Shown: positions 10,706-21,517 of the stretch, one piece after another
Numbering within the stretch: position 1 is the stretch's first letter
Layout: every line of letters begins with the position of its first letter
Virus record (IMG/VR): IMGVR_UViG_3300025016_000004
Source of the DNA: a virus
Taxonomy: Duplodnaviria > Caudoviricetes
Direction: 5' to 3' (one strand)
DNA: 64,000 nucleotides
Made by a program: the position numbers and the translations under genes
The notes under the pieces: generated by a model
What the model was told of the DNA's origin: nothing
Database searches by the model: none
Seen by the model: the letters and a program-made list of their open reading frames with translations, nothing else

Positions 10706-11533
10706 ATGGTTCCAAATACAAATACATTTTCTTTACAAGATGTGGTAAATGAAATAATACCTACTACAAATGATTTAGCTAGTTGTATTGCAGATGCTAA
10801 TGCAAGTTTTTATGACCCAAGTTATTACACAGCACCGGCAACAAGTTTATTAGAGTTTAGAAATTATGGAGCAATTTCAGTATTTCCAACTGTTAGCAAC
10901 ACTTCTGGTGGTATTAATAACGTTGGGGGGTTTGGAGGTTTTGCAGATATAACAATAGGTGCTTCTGATACAATAGCCATGATATTTATATCTGCATATT
11001 CTAATTTAGGCACTGTTAGTGTTACTGATGATAAAGGTGTTACTTGGAGTCTATATGGAACTCCTTCTAGTAAACAGGCCATTTATTACACTTCGGATTT
11101 AGCTACAACGGGTGTTAGAAGGATTACATATAGCCTTTCAGGTACTTTTTATAGTGCACACTTAGCTGCAACATTTATAAATAGTGCTAATACACCTTCT
11201 GGCACTTTTATAACTAACTCAAGTACTTCAAGTACCTCAGTATCTCAATCTTTTACCCCAGTAGTAGCTACTCCATCTCTTATATTATCTATTTATTTTT
11301 CTTATAGAGGTGGAGAAGTGGGCTCAGTATCTGAATTAGACCCAACATCTTATGGTACTGGACAAGTATTTATAGACTCGGAGGGAGCAGATGGGTCTGG
11401 TGGCCCTCCTGATTTTGTTACAACCTTAACTAAAGAAGAAAAGACATCAACATCAGCAGATACACAATTATTTACAAATCTTATTACAAATGATAATAAG
11501 TTTATTATGTCTGTTGGTCTTAATGGAATTTAA
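10706..11533 (+). CDS. Putative virion or fibre-associated protein
   Basis: Ser/Thr/Gly-rich beta-type composition; follows the S74 fibre; N-terminus MVPNTNTFSLQDVV...SLLEFRNYG. Confidence 0.55.
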   Translation: MVPNTNTFSLQDVVNEIIPTTNDLASCIADANASFYDPSYYTAPATSLLEFRNYGAISVFPTVSNTSGGINNVGGFGGFADITIGASDTIAMIFISAYSNLGTVSVTDDKGVTWSLYGTPSSKQAIYYTSDLATTGVRRITYSLSGTFYSAHLAATFINSANTPSGTFITNSSTSSTSVSQSFTPVVATPSLILSIYFSYRGGEVGSVSELDPTSYGTGQVFIDSEGADGSGGPPDFVTTLTKEEKTSTSADTQLFTNLITNDNKFIMSVGLNGI

Positions 11534-11613
11534 CATAAAATAAAAAATAAGCTCTTAATTTTCCGTAAAGGATTTTTAACTATTTTTGTAAATAAATCTA
11601 AATCAAATCTAAA

Positions 11614-11847
11614 ATGCAAAAAAACATTAGAAAATTAATAGTTGGGGATAACTACTCTTACAATATTAAATATGTAAAAGGTGCTGAATACAAAGTAGGT
11701 ACTAAAAAGTGTATAATAACAGACTTCATTATAAATGAAGAAACAAACAGTATAGATATTTACGTAACTGACGGAGATTCAAAATTCTTATGGAAAACTA
11801 TCGGCTCAATTCCCTTAGAGGTAGAGTACGATGTAAACTTTTCATAA
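11614..11847 (+). CDS. Small hypothetical protein
   Basis: 77-aa ORF with an A-rich leader and TATTTTTG (11581-11588) upstream. Confidence 0.65.
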   Translation: MQKNIRKLIVGDNYSYNIKYVKGAEYKVGTKKCIITDFIINEETNSIDIYVTDGDSKFLWKTIGSIPLEVEYDVNFS

Positions 11848-11848
11848 C

Positions 11849-12046
11849 ATGAAAGCTACATTATATTTTCTTGTAGAAGTAACAAATGATTACAATAACT
11901 ACGAGACTCTTTCTAATGGATTAGAGGTGATGACTAATAATACAATAGAGAGTGTAGAAAACGTAAATAGAATAGTATTGGATTACCTGTCAACGCCAAT
12001 ACCAAAAAATTGGTTAAATGGTTATTTCTTAATAACGTTTATTTAG
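11849..12046 (+). CDS. Small hypothetical protein
   Basis: 65-aa ORF starting 1 nt after the previous stop. Confidence 0.55.
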   Translation: MKATLYFLVEVTNDYNNYETLSNGLEVMTNNTIESVENVNRIVLDYLSTPIPKNWLNGYFLITFI

Positions 12047-12136
12047 GTTGTGAACCTATCGGGGCTCAATTCTCATTTTAATCAATATATATCGTATTAA
12101 AGGTGTAAAGCTCATATTTATATAGAAATAGGGTTT

Positions 12137-13345
12137 ATGGCTTTTGTAACCAAAGTAGACTATTCCGATAATAGACAAATAAAACAGTATCTTCTTACGG
12201 ATACACAACTTTCTGGTACAACCACTTTTGGTATTGCCGATGCATTGATACCAATGAATGTTAGTGGTGATACTATTAATATTGATGCCTTACAATATAT
12301 TCAAGCTAGAGGTATTATTTTACCAAATTCATTACCCTTATTTACTGGTGCTACATCACAAATATTAGGTAGGGATAACGATACTGGTAAAATTGTTGAA
12401 ATTGAACTCAGTGGGGTTACCTTTACTGGTGGTAGTGATTATGTAGTTTCTAGTTCATTTAATATAGGTACTGGTGATTTAACTTTAACTAGAGTTTCAG
12501 GTGGGACTGTTATTACAAATTTAGATGGTCGTTATTTAACTGGTACTACTGAAATCGTAGAGTCAATTGCTAACCCTTTAAATGTTTATTTTGCAAACAG
12601 AGTTAAACCTGTTTCAGATAATGAAGGATTTTATGTTAATGCGTCATCAAATAAAGATTCTGGATATCTTGTAAATAATACTGACACCGTGGGCAATGCA
12701 GCGTTAGCTGGTTTTAGAGCTACAGTTAATGGAGACCCTTTTGGTAATGGTTTTTATTTTGGAGTTCCAAATACTAATTATTTTGCGCCATGGTTAAGGG
12801 AGCATGGAATAATAACGGGTAAAGATTTAAATATAATGGTCGGCACCAACGCTGGTACGATAAGCTTTTCACAAGGTAATACGAGTACTAACCAAATAAC
12901 AGAAGCTCAACAAGATAAAGTTTTACTCTTTAATACCGATAGAACCATTGTAGCACCAAGTTTAAGTAAAACGTTAATTGAGGGTGAGTCAAGTGGTAGA
13001 ATATTAACTACTAGAGAATTTTTAGAAAGTAATTATGTTAAAATAGGTAAAAGGATTATAGTTAGTGGTGCAACATCTTATAATTTTGACCATTCACTAG
13101 CTACTGATTGGAAATTTTACATGACAGGTGCAACCACATTTTCAGATAGTAATTTACCATCAGGTGATACTATAATCGAATTTACTGTAAAATTAACTGG
13201 TAATTTTACAGTAACTTGGCCAGTATATTGGGATGTTATTGGGGATACATACGATGGTACTATTTGGAACTTTATAGTGGTACGGGTACATGATGGAAAT
13301 TCTGGGACTGAAGAGGTTACGGCCTTAATTTCAAATATAGTGTAA
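12137..13345 (+). CDS. Short tail fibre-like protein, N-terminal paralogue of 1074..6926
   Basis: Starts MAFVTKVDYSDNRQIKQY..T.LSGTTTFG versus MSFVTKLDYSDNRQIKQF..T.LSGTTEFG, and carries one DYV...GDLTLTRVSGGTVITNLDGRY repeat. Confidence 0.75.
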   Translation: MAFVTKVDYSDNRQIKQYLLTDTQLSGTTTFGIADALIPMNVSGDTINIDALQYIQARGIILPNSLPLFTGATSQILGRDNDTGKIVEIELSGVTFTGGSDYVVSSSFNIGTGDLTLTRVSGGTVITNLDGRYLTGTTEIVESIANPLNVYFANRVKPVSDNEGFYVNASSNKDSGYLVNNTDTVGNAALAGFRATVNGDPFGNGFYFGVPNTNYFAPWLREHGIITGKDLNIMVGTNAGTISFSQGNTSTNQITEAQQDKVLLFNTDRTIVAPSLSKTLIEGESSGRILTTREFLESNYVKIGKRIIVSGATSYNFDHSLATDWKFYMTGATTFSDSNLPSGDTIIEFTVKLTGNFTVTWPVYWDVIGDTYDGTIWNFIVVRVHDGNSGTEEVTALISNIV

Positions 13346-13455
13346 TTGGGAGAACAAGGTTAATCATTTATTACATGTGGTATTTAAGTTTTATAATAAA
13401 AGCCTATAAAAATGTGTTTTAGAATAAAAAATTAACTATTTATAAAAAAAGATAA

Positions 13456-15186
13456 ATGACTAATATAAAGAATTATAATTTTAGTAGAATTGATTACCGA
13501 GTGAGTGATAGTGAATATTATGACTTTTATTTGTGTAGTGATAGTGCAAGTGTGTATATCAGTGATTTTGATTTTATATCTGATTTTGACGTTGAAGATT
13601 TTTTCTACTCTGATTTTAAATTAGATAATAGCCCTAGTGATTATTTGATTTCTTCATTTAATTTCAGTTCAGATAACCAATTAATTTCATTAATTAATAG
13701 TGCTAACACAAAAAGTAGTGTTTTTATACCTTTAAGTAGTACCTTTACGGCCTCTACATACGGTTTAACGGGGTTAGATAATGGAAGCATACCTTATACA
13801 CCAGAAACCGATGATTTCGCTCATAATGAGCTTATAAATACTTTAACGGGTAGTTCATTGGTGATTACTGGTGACACTGCATTAAAATTAAATAAAGTTA
13901 CTGGTTATACAGGTCAATTCGTATACCCAACTGAATTAATAACAACAGGTACCACTGCATACATAAATTTTTGTGGGGGATTTTATCAAGGGTTTTATAA
14001 ATTGGATGGTTATGACTATGAAGTTTTGCCTAATAGATACCAAAAAGGTTGGACTATCGAGACTTGGTTAAATAAATCAGATAATATATGTAGTGGTACA
14101 ACAGGTAACACATTAAATGATGAATATCCAGAAAATAAAGGATTTTTTTATTATGTCGGTACAAGGGCTGAAAATAAATTCTGGAATATATTTACTGGAA
14201 ACACTCTTTCCGCTTGTACTTCAGGCGCAACGTCTGGGTTCTGTACAGATATTAAAGAAATTGATGTTAATATAAATAATGTTACGGTTGATGGTAGTGG
14301 TAGTACTTTAAGTGTACCTATAAGCCCACCACCTATTGATATTAAACAAATAAAGAATAATTTCTTAATATTTGGTAGGTCTGAAGGTACGTTATGTAAT
14401 AATACCCCATCAAAAGATGGTTATGGGCAAGTAAGAGCTGGTAGAGATTTCGATAAAAATAAAATATATTATTCAAGAATTATTAGAGAAGAAACAACCA
14501 ATTTCTTAAATCCATTTTTAATATTTGGTAGGTCTGAAGGTACATTATGTACTAATCAACCATCTTCAGATGGTTATGGTCAAGTAAGAGCTGGTAGAGA
14601 TTTTTCAGGTATGACAACCCCTATATTAGAATTAGATAAAGATACTGATTTAATTGGTAACGCACTAGGGTTTAGAATTACTGATGATGGTCGTATTGGT
14701 TATAGGTTATTAGCGGTTTCAGCTGATTGTAAATCGGTTGATGTGATTGAGGAATATTCTGCTAGTGGTACTGTTACTGCGGATAAATGGACACATATCA
14801 CAGTTAAATGGGTTAATAATGATACTTATAATGCGTGTGATTTAATAAATGCTGGACCTAGAAAGGGTAAATATAAGTTTTATGTAAACTCTATGTTGGT
14901 TTTTATTTCACAAGAATTAGATGAAATAATACCTAAAAGGTTGGCTGATTTAATGGAAAAACAACTGGGTGTACCATATAATATAAGTATTGGTGGTGGT
15001 TCACAAGGGTTATTAGAAAGTATAACATTCGATGGGCAAGACCCTGATGATTTAGGTTTAATAATAGAACAAAATTTTGCTGGAACGTTTATTGGTTCAA
15101 TTTCAAGTTTTAAGATTTACTATAAAAATTTAAGTTGGTGTGAAATTAAAGAGACGTATAATAGTAACTTATCTAATTATTTATAA
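13456..15186 (+). CDS. Putative virion structural protein with LamG/concanavalin-like domain
   Basis: GWTIETWL...DKWTHITVKW...KFYVN...SISSFKIYYKNLS pattern resembles the LamG fold; contains an internal 51-aa-period duplication. Confidence 0.55.
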   Translation: MTNIKNYNFSRIDYRVSDSEYYDFYLCSDSASVYISDFDFISDFDVEDFFYSDFKLDNSPSDYLISSFNFSSDNQLISLINSANTKSSVFIPLSSTFTASTYGLTGLDNGSIPYTPETDDFAHNELINTLTGSSLVITGDTALKLNKVTGYTGQFVYPTELITTGTTAYINFCGGFYQGFYKLDGYDYEVLPNRYQKGWTIETWLNKSDNICSGTTGNTLNDEYPENKGFFYYVGTRAENKFWNIFTGNTLSACTSGATSGFCTDIKEIDVNINNVTVDGSGSTLSVPISPPPIDIKQIKNNFLIFGRSEGTLCNNTPSKDGYGQVRAGRDFDKNKIYYSRIIREETTNFLNPFLIFGRSEGTLCTNQPSSDGYGQVRAGRDFSGMTTPILELDKDTDLIGNALGFRITDDGRIGYRLLAVSADCKSVDVIEEYSASGTVTADKWTHITVKWVNNDTYNACDLINAGPRKGKYKFYVNSMLVFISQELDEIIPKRLADLMEKQLGVPYNISIGGGSQGLLESITFDGQDPDDLGLIIEQNFAGTFIGSISSFKIYYKNLSWCEIKETYNSNLSNYL

Positions 15187-15224
15187 CGTTAATAGGTTAA
15201 AGAGTATATTTATAATAAAAGATT

Positions 15225-16400
15225 ATGGCAGCATTAGATTTATATAAAGATAGAATATTTACACAATTTAAACACTCATTAGGGGCACCTATAAGGGATA
15301 TTGAGTTGTTGGATGAAATGTTATGTACATTTTTAGAGATAGCTACTGAGGACTATTCTATGTATGTTCAACAATGGTTAATTGAACATCAATGGCAATC
15401 ATTGTTAGGTAAGAACGTAGATACTACAGATATGGCATTTGCTTTAAGTGTGCGTGATTTCGATTTTGTTACTCAATATACTTATGCCTATTCTAAACAA
15501 ACTGGGTTACAAGCGAGAGGTCCATGGGAACTTAAGAAAGATTTTATTGAAGTTGAAGCTGGTAGACAAGTATATGTGATTCCAGCTGGTAGAGAAGTTA
15601 ATGAAGTGTTATGGATGACTCCACCAACTACTGATGCCGCATTATTTGCCAATTATGGTGGTTTTGACGCTGGTTATGGTGGTGGTTTTGCACAAATGGG
15701 TATTGGTCATGCGGCCAACGGTGCTTCAGGTGCTGGTGCTGGTGGTGGATATTACGTTGCCCCAGCTTTCGATGTATTATTAACAGCTTCAGATTTCAAC
15801 TTAAAAAATAGATTACTTAGAAGTGAATTAGCATATAAAATAACCGCTGGCCCTAATGGTACAAGATTATTACACCTTATGAGTACACCAGGTTCTAGAT
15901 TATCATTTGGTGGTGCTGGTGTAGGTGCTGGTGCGGGTGCTGGTGCGGGTCCTACAGCTGTAGGTTTACAAGGTTGTAAAGTTTGGTATCATTATTATGA
16001 CACTGGTGTTGACCCAGAAGCAATAAAGGAATGTAGAAAACTAAACCCTGATATAATTACATTACCAAATGAGGTCCCATTATCTAAATTAGATTTTTCT
16101 CAATTTAATGAACCAACTAAAGTATTAGTAAGACAGTTATTCATGGCTGAAGCTAAAAAAGCTTTAGGTAGAACTAGAGGTAAATTTGGTGGTATTGTTG
16201 GACCACCTGAAGCTGAAAGGACTATGGATTATGAAACTCTTATTTCTGAAGGTAACGAAGAAAAGAGATATACTTTAGAAAGGTTAGATAAGCAACTTGA
16301 AAGATTAGGTAGTGAAAAACAACTTGAGAGGGCTGCCAACGAAGCTGAGAATTTAAATAAACACCTTCGTTATCGCCCTTTGGGAATTTATTGGCATTAA
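15225..16400 (+). CDS. Putative neck or head-completion protein (T4 gp13-like)
   Basis: LGAP...IEL.DEM.....A.EDY N-terminus and LF.AEAK..LG..RGKF.G......MDYETLISEG.EE C-terminus; Gly-rich central loop; structural context. Confidence 0.55.
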   Translation: MAALDLYKDRIFTQFKHSLGAPIRDIELLDEMLCTFLEIATEDYSMYVQQWLIEHQWQSLLGKNVDTTDMAFALSVRDFDFVTQYTYAYSKQTGLQARGPWELKKDFIEVEAGRQVYVIPAGREVNEVLWMTPPTTDAALFANYGGFDAGYGGGFAQMGIGHAANGASGAGAGGGYYVAPAFDVLLTASDFNLKNRLLRSELAYKITAGPNGTRLLHLMSTPGSRLSFGGAGVGAGAGAGAGPTAVGLQGCKVWYHYYDTGVDPEAIKECRKLNPDIITLPNEVPLSKLDFSQFNEPTKVLVRQLFMAEAKKALGRTRGKFGGIVGPPEAERTMDYETLISEGNEEKRYTLERLDKQLERLGSEKQLERAANEAENLNKHLRYRPLGIYWH

Positions 16401-16402
16401 AC

Positions 16403-16428
16403 AAAAAGAGGTCAATTGACCTCTTTTT
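16403..16428. terminator. Bidirectional intrinsic terminator between convergent genes
   Basis: Perfect 26-nt palindrome aaaaagaggtcaattgacctcttttt overlapping the polymerase stop codon. Confidence 0.85.
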
Positions 16429-19400
16429 CTGTTTCTAACGCTACTTTATAGTCTTCTAATACCAACTCAACACCAGCTAAATCCAATTCTTTCTTAATCT
16501 TAAGAGCTTTTTTATCATCACCCTCTTTTCTAGCCTCAATCCAAAGGTGCGTTAACCAAAATTCGAAAGTTTTTTCTTTTCTAAGAGTTAGGGTTTGATA
16601 AAATTTTTGTCTTTGTGCCGCCCAAGGCTCATATTTTAAAATATCAGTAACACAACATAAATCAATTTCCCATTCTTTTGATTTGACATATATATTTGGT
16701 TTTCCATTTTCATCATCATGTACTGTAAATTCAGCTAAATTTTCTAAAGCTTTAGGTAATTTAGTGGTTTTCTTCATTTTTTGAATCTCATCATACTCTA
16801 ATCGTTTAATGATTTCACGGGTTTTAGATTTCTCAAACTTAATACCTTCAATCCTACGAATCCTTTCACGCTCATGATAATCTTCTTGAATTTGTTTCCA
16901 ATCCATGTTTAATTCTTCAAGATTATTTGGTATTTTATTGACTCTAATCCAAAATTGAATTTCCTTATCTTCCATTTCCATCAATTCAGCTAAAGTATTT
17001 TGGTCACCATCTTTGAACGCAGTACCACTATGTAACTCACACTCTTTTTTGGTAAATACTTTCCTTTCAGTTAACTCCATTTCTTTCGTTTTCTTATTTT
17101 TTACCATATCCATTAGAATACCTTCTCTGATTTCAGGTTTAAAACATACTAACAATGGATGAATCCTTTTATTGAAGGCATCTAAGTATTTAGGTACGTT
17201 ATATTCATCAGTTGTTAAATTAGGGTTATTTTCAATTTGCTCAGTTGGAATTAATTTACATTGCAGATTTATTGTTCTCTCACCAGTTTCTTTATTCGTT
17301 ACAACTTTAACATCACCATGACTTTTAACCGTACCTGTATTAACGTAATATACTGTATCACCTAAATTAGCTTTGATATTGTTGGCTATCAATAATTCCA
17401 TATGAGCTTTTTTAGCTTTTAAATTACCAGCTATTGTAGTTGTTTTCATATCAGTCATATAAGAAGATATTGAATCTTTAACATTAGCTTTTGAAGCTAT
17501 TTTAACTAATGGGATTCTAAAATTATAGATATCATCAACCGTTCTGTTGTATAAATCAATAAAACTTTCACCATCACCGTTTAAAAGATATTTAATCCCT
17601 TCATCTAGGAAATCTTCAATATAACCTGGCATCTTAGACGATTTAATAGTGTTACCAACCAACTTTGTTTTACCACCAATAAAGTTAGCATAATTTTTTC
17701 TAGAGAAATTAATTGTTGATGAACAAATATCATCAATATCTAATCCCATTCTACCAATCATAAATAATTCATTGAATTTGGCCACTACAGCGTCTAAACC
17801 TACAAGGATTTTACCTTTATCTTTTTCAGTAAATCTATGAGTACCTTTAGGTATGTAAGTATGTTTACTAACATCTTTTGGAATTGCGAAGTTGAATCCA
17901 TCGGTATTCTTTAAATTAACACCTCCAATACCACCTATGAAAGTCCCATCCTCAGTTGATATATCATAAACGTAATTTTCTTTATCTCTATTTAAAATTT
18001 CTTCATTTTTCCAAACCTCATTCGCTTGCATTATCGTTTTATCGGTAAACTCAGAATTATTACGATTACTATTTCTTAATTTAAATGATATGAAATTCTC
18101 TTTATCTTTACGAAGTTTTAATTTGTATTGAACTCCTAAACAATTCAAAAGATACCCAATACCCGACATCGCAACTTGTGATTTCATACCAATATCAGAA
18201 ACCGTTTCCATATCATTACCATACCCATCAGAAGCGCAAACACCATCCATGAAAGCTTTTTTATTTTCTAAAGTAGTATTTAAAACAAATGTTGGTACTT
18301 TCTTTTCTCTATAACTAGTATAAAAATCCTCACAGAACCTTTGACTAAAATCAGTTTTATACACCACAAGGTTATAAACACCACTACTTTTACGATGGTC
18401 TTTAATCCTTGGTTTAACATCCCAAAAAGCCCAATTTTCTTCAATAATGGATTTTAATTTCTCAAGGTTTTCCAAATTATTACTAGATATTTTCCACTCA
18501 CCTCTCACTCCTTTATTTATATGAGTTTCACCAGTTTTACGAGATTTATAATATTGTTTCCTTGACCCATATATCGCAGAACCATCCCCTAAGAAATATC
18601 CTAGTAACCAATAAAAATCAGTTCTAGTCTCAGGGAAAGTATCTGTATTATGCTGTGGTAATTGGTGAACGTCTATTAAATCACCCCTTTTAAGTGAAGA
18701 TGGTTTAACTTGAATTCCATTTTGGAATAAAGAGTGGTCTTCAGTAACGCAAACTAATCTATCTTTAGTGGAAACTCTATGAATTTGTTTTTGAGTTTCA
18801 TGTTTATAAACATAATTAATTTCTTTCCAACCATTAACAGTTAAAACTTCATAAGGTTTAGTCTCATAATCTCTAATTTCTTCTTCATCAATAGAATTCG
18901 AATTAGGGTTATATAAATCACAAATAGGTAAAATATCAATTGCCCCATTATCTTTCCATTTTATATAAATTGGCGTGTTAAAAGTAACAGAATCACCAAC
19001 CAGAGGTCTAAAATCATAATCCATAAAGAATTTAACCATCAATCTCAAATATTGTCTTCCTCTACATGTTGTTTCTTCAGCACAATTAATATCACCCCAG
19101 TTAAAGATATTTGGTGCCCCTAGTGAACCAAAGAATGAGTTACCAAGAATTTTAATTGGTAATTGTTTCTTATCGTACATACTAGCTAAACTACTTTCTT
19201 TTTCTATTTGAGATTCTAGTAATTCAAAATCTTCTTTAGGTAATTTATCACCATTAGCTTTCTTAAAGTCTTTTAATTTAGATAATTCACCTTTATGATG
19301 GTTCATTAGATTTTTAAATTTATCCCTTGTTGAAGCGATATAAATTAACATACCTTTCATTACTCCCGTAATATCAGTGTCAGGGAAAACATCATGCGTA

Positions 19401-20956
19401 ATCTCAATATTAGGATATAGAGCAGCAAAATCCAGTTTTGCGACGTCTTCAGCATATCCAACCTCTAGTAATCTAGATAATCCACCAGTAAATGTTTTTC
19501 TAGGTTTTAAATCAGGGATAGCCAATCTATTTTCATAAGACCATGCTAACATAATCAATTTCCAAATACCAGCTGTTCCCATTGTTGTTGAACGCATATA
19601 AGATGTAGGAATAATTTTAGATAATAAGAATGAAGCTTGATTATAAACACCATCCACTTGTTCAGTTTCCCAAAGGTCATCAAGTAAGTATTGTCTAACT
19701 ATATCAGAACCCTTAGCCTCCTTATAACCTTCTTTTAATGGGTTTTCTTCATTTATCTTATAATAAGTGCCATCAGTATTATTATAGGCGTATACGCTAT
19801 CCTTATCGTTCCAAGTTTCATATATTTTATTACCTTCAACATAAACTCGATTCTCTTTATTTAAACCTGAAAATTTGGTAATATATTTTAACCCCGCTTT
19901 TTTAATATTCGAGTTGATTGCTTTTGCTCTACGAACTGCATGATAAACATCAACAATATTATAACCCCACATTGTGGTTTGTTTATAATATTCACGCTCA
20001 CCACCTAATTTAAGTGATTTATCAACCCTTCTAATTTTACTATTACCATGTCTATCTAAAGTCTTAGCGATTAATTCAATATCTAACCCTAAAATATCAC
20101 ATCTAGTAAAAATAAAATGCCAGTCAAAGTTTTCTGAGTTATAACCAGCTATAACATCAGGTTTTAGTGTATTAATTACATCAAAAAATTTAAGAATTGA
20201 ATAAGCTTCATAATCCCTTAATTCTTGTTTGGTACCTTCTTGTGGAACTTCTATAATTTCTTCGTAACCTCTATTATCTCTAATACCAACTTGAAATATT
20301 TTATCATCCTTATACCTAATAGGTTCATTGGTACTATCAAATTCATATAATTTGGTTAAATCTTCACCAGTACCCATCCTCTCTTTAATATCTTCAATAT
20401 CTTCCTGAGATAATAATCGACCTTTTGGGTTTAATCCTGTTGTTTCTAAGTCAAATTGAAGTCTATGGACATCGTTATAATCATCCATCCCTTTAAACAA
20501 TCGTCTACCAGTGGCAATTAAATATTGTTCAACTGGGTTTATTGTTATAAAATAACTTTTGTGTGAATCACCATAAACATCAATACCACCATCTTTAAAA
20601 AAATTTAATAATTTTGTATAAGGGCCTTTAACTTTGGCAATGTATTTAAAACCATTCTTCATTCGCCTAGCTTCTTCTTGGTCAGGCATGGAAGTTTTTA
20701 GTTTTTTAATAGAAACACCATATTTTTTTGCAGAGGCGGCAATTAAATTTCTTTTACCACCAAACATTATTTTAGTAACTTCCTCTTTAAACCATAAAAA
20801 TGAAATTAATGAGTCTTTTGATATAAATTTACCTCTTTCAGGGTCATTAATTATCAATGAAACATCTGGGCTACCATATGGAATTTCTACACCTACAATA
20901 TATTTCTTTTGGTTTCTACCCTCTAAGAACCTAGCAATAATTTCTTCGTCAACCAT
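16412..20956 (-). CDS. polB: Family B DNA polymerase with one intein (about 1152 aa after splicing)
   Basis: ExoI FDLETTG, ExoII GYNSENFD, motif A LDFAALYP, motif B KILGNSFFG, motif C VGD|TDG split by the intein, and KNY. Confidence 0.95.
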   Translation of the reverse strand: MVDEEIIARFLEGRNQKKYIVGVEIPYGSPDVSLIINDPERGKFISKDSLISFLWFKEEVTKIMFGGKRNLIAASAKKYGVSIKKLKTSMPDQEEARRMKNGFKYIAKVKGPYTKLLNFFKDGGIDVYGDSHKSYFITINPVEQYLIATGRRLFKGMDDYNDVHRLQFDLETTGLNPKGRLLSQEDIEDIKERMGTGEDLTKLYEFDSTNEPIRYKDDKIFQVGIRDNRGYEEIIEVPQEGTKQELRDYEAYSILKFFDVINTLKPDVIAGYNSENFDWHFIFTRCDILGLDIELIAKTLDRHGNSKIRRVDKSLKLGGEREYYKQTTMWGYNIVDVYHAVRRAKAINSNIKKAGLKYITKFSGLNKENRVYVEGNKIYETWNDKDSVYAYNNTDGTYYKINEENPLKEGYKEAKGSDIVRQYLLDDLWETEQVDGVYNQASFLLSKIIPTSYMRSTTMGTAGIWKLIMLAWSYENRLAIPDLKPRKTFTGGLSRLLEVGYAEDVAKLDFAALYPNIEITHDVFPDTDITGVMKGMLIYIASTRDKFKNLMNHHKGELSKLKDFKKANGDKLPKEDFELLESQIEKESSLASMYDKKQLPIKILGNSFFGSLGAPNIFNWGDINCAEETTCRGRQYLRLMVKFFMDYDFRPLVGDSVTFNTPIYIKWKDNGAIDILPICDLYNPNSNSIDEEEIRDYETKPYEVLTVNGWKEINYVYKHETQKQIHRVSTKDRLVCVTEDHSLFQNGIQVKPSSLKRGDLIDVHQLPQHNTDTFPETRTDFYWLLGYFLGDGSAIYGSRKQYYKSRKTGETHINKGVRGEWKISSNNLENLEKLKSIIEENWAFWDVKPRIKDHRKSSGVYNLVVYKTDFSQRFCEDFYTSYREKKVPTFVLNTTLENKKAFMDGVCASDGYGNDMETVSDIGMKSQVAMSGIGYLLNCLGVQYKLKLRKDKENFISFKLRNSNRNNSEFTDKTIMQANEVWKNEEILNRDKENYVYDISTEDGTFIGGIGGVNLKNTDGFNFAIPKDVSKHTYIPKGTHRFTEKDKGKILVGLDAVVAKFNELFMIGRMGLDIDDICSSTINFSRKNYANFIGGKTKLVGNTIKSSKMPGYIEDFLDEGIKYLLNGDGESFIDLYNRTVDDIYNFRIPLVKIASKANVKDSISSYMTDMKTTTIAGNLKAKKAHMELLIANNIKANLGDTVYYVNTGTVKSHGDVKVVTNKETGERTINLQCKLIPTEQIENNPNLTTDEYNVPKYLDAFNKRIHPLLVCFKPEIREGILMDMVKNKKTKEMELTERKVFTKKECELHSGTAFKDGDQNTLAELMEMEDKEIQFWIRVNKIPNNLEELNMDWKQIQEDYHERERIRRIEGIKFEKSKTREIIKRLEYDEIQKMKKTTKLPKALENLAEFTVHDDENGKPNIYVKSKEWEIDLCCVTDILKYEPWAAQRQKFYQTLTLRKEKTFEFWLTHLWIEARKEGDDKKALKIKKELDLAGVELVLEDYKVALETEKEVN
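17906..18991 (-). mobile_element. Intein with LAGLIDADG endonuclease in PolB motif C (362 aa)
   Basis: Begins SVTFNTPIY and ends YVYDISTEDGTFIGGIGGVNLKN|T; LGYFLGDGS and FMDGVCASDG motifs; removing it restores VGDTDG. Confidence 0.92.
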
Positions 20957-21129
20957 TTTTGTCTATAACTTTGTGCAATAAAACACAATTTTTAGCCAAA
21001 AAACAAGTTTTTTTTAAAGATTTTTATCATAATTTGTTACTTACCAGGTTTTTACGATATTCATTTGTATGATAAAAGTTTTAAAATGTAATACAAAAAT
21101 ATTCACGAATTTATGGAGATTTAAGAAGT

Positions 21130-21492
21130 TTAATTCTCAAGGATGTGAATATATAATTTATCTCTAATTGGGACTATTAGAGTACCAGAGCCATCTCTAA
21201 ATACTATTTTAAATTCGCCAATATAAGTACCAGCTTGTTTAGTTTCTTTTTCTGTAAAGTAGTATGCAAGGTAATATTCTTCACCTACACAGTCACTTGA
21301 GGATTCTTTTAGTAAGCATAAAGCGTCTTTACCACCAATTCTTTTAACCCCAGTATTTGTATCTGTCATACAAAATGTTATATCAGAATTTTGTATCATA
21401 TCATGGAATCTACTATAATCGTTTCGTCCATCGTTAATTAATTCCAATTTTAAAATCGGTAATGTTGCTTTTTTATTTATGTAAAAATCCAT
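21130..21492 (-). CDS. Small Ig-like virion protein (BppU N-terminal-like, tentative)
   Basis: LP.LKLEL...ITFCM...YYFT..ET..AG.Y.GEF.I.F...TLIVP pattern; TATTTATA motif upstream (plus-strand tataaata 21505-21512). Confidence 0.45.
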   Translation of the reverse strand: MDFYINKKATLPILKLELINDGRNDYSRFHDMIQNSDITFCMTDTNTGVKRIGGKDALCLLKESSSDCVGEEYYLAYYFTEKETKQAGTYIGEFKIVFRDGSGTLIVPIRDKLYIHILEN

Positions 21493-21517
21493 TTGTTCTT
21501 TTATTATAAATATATTG

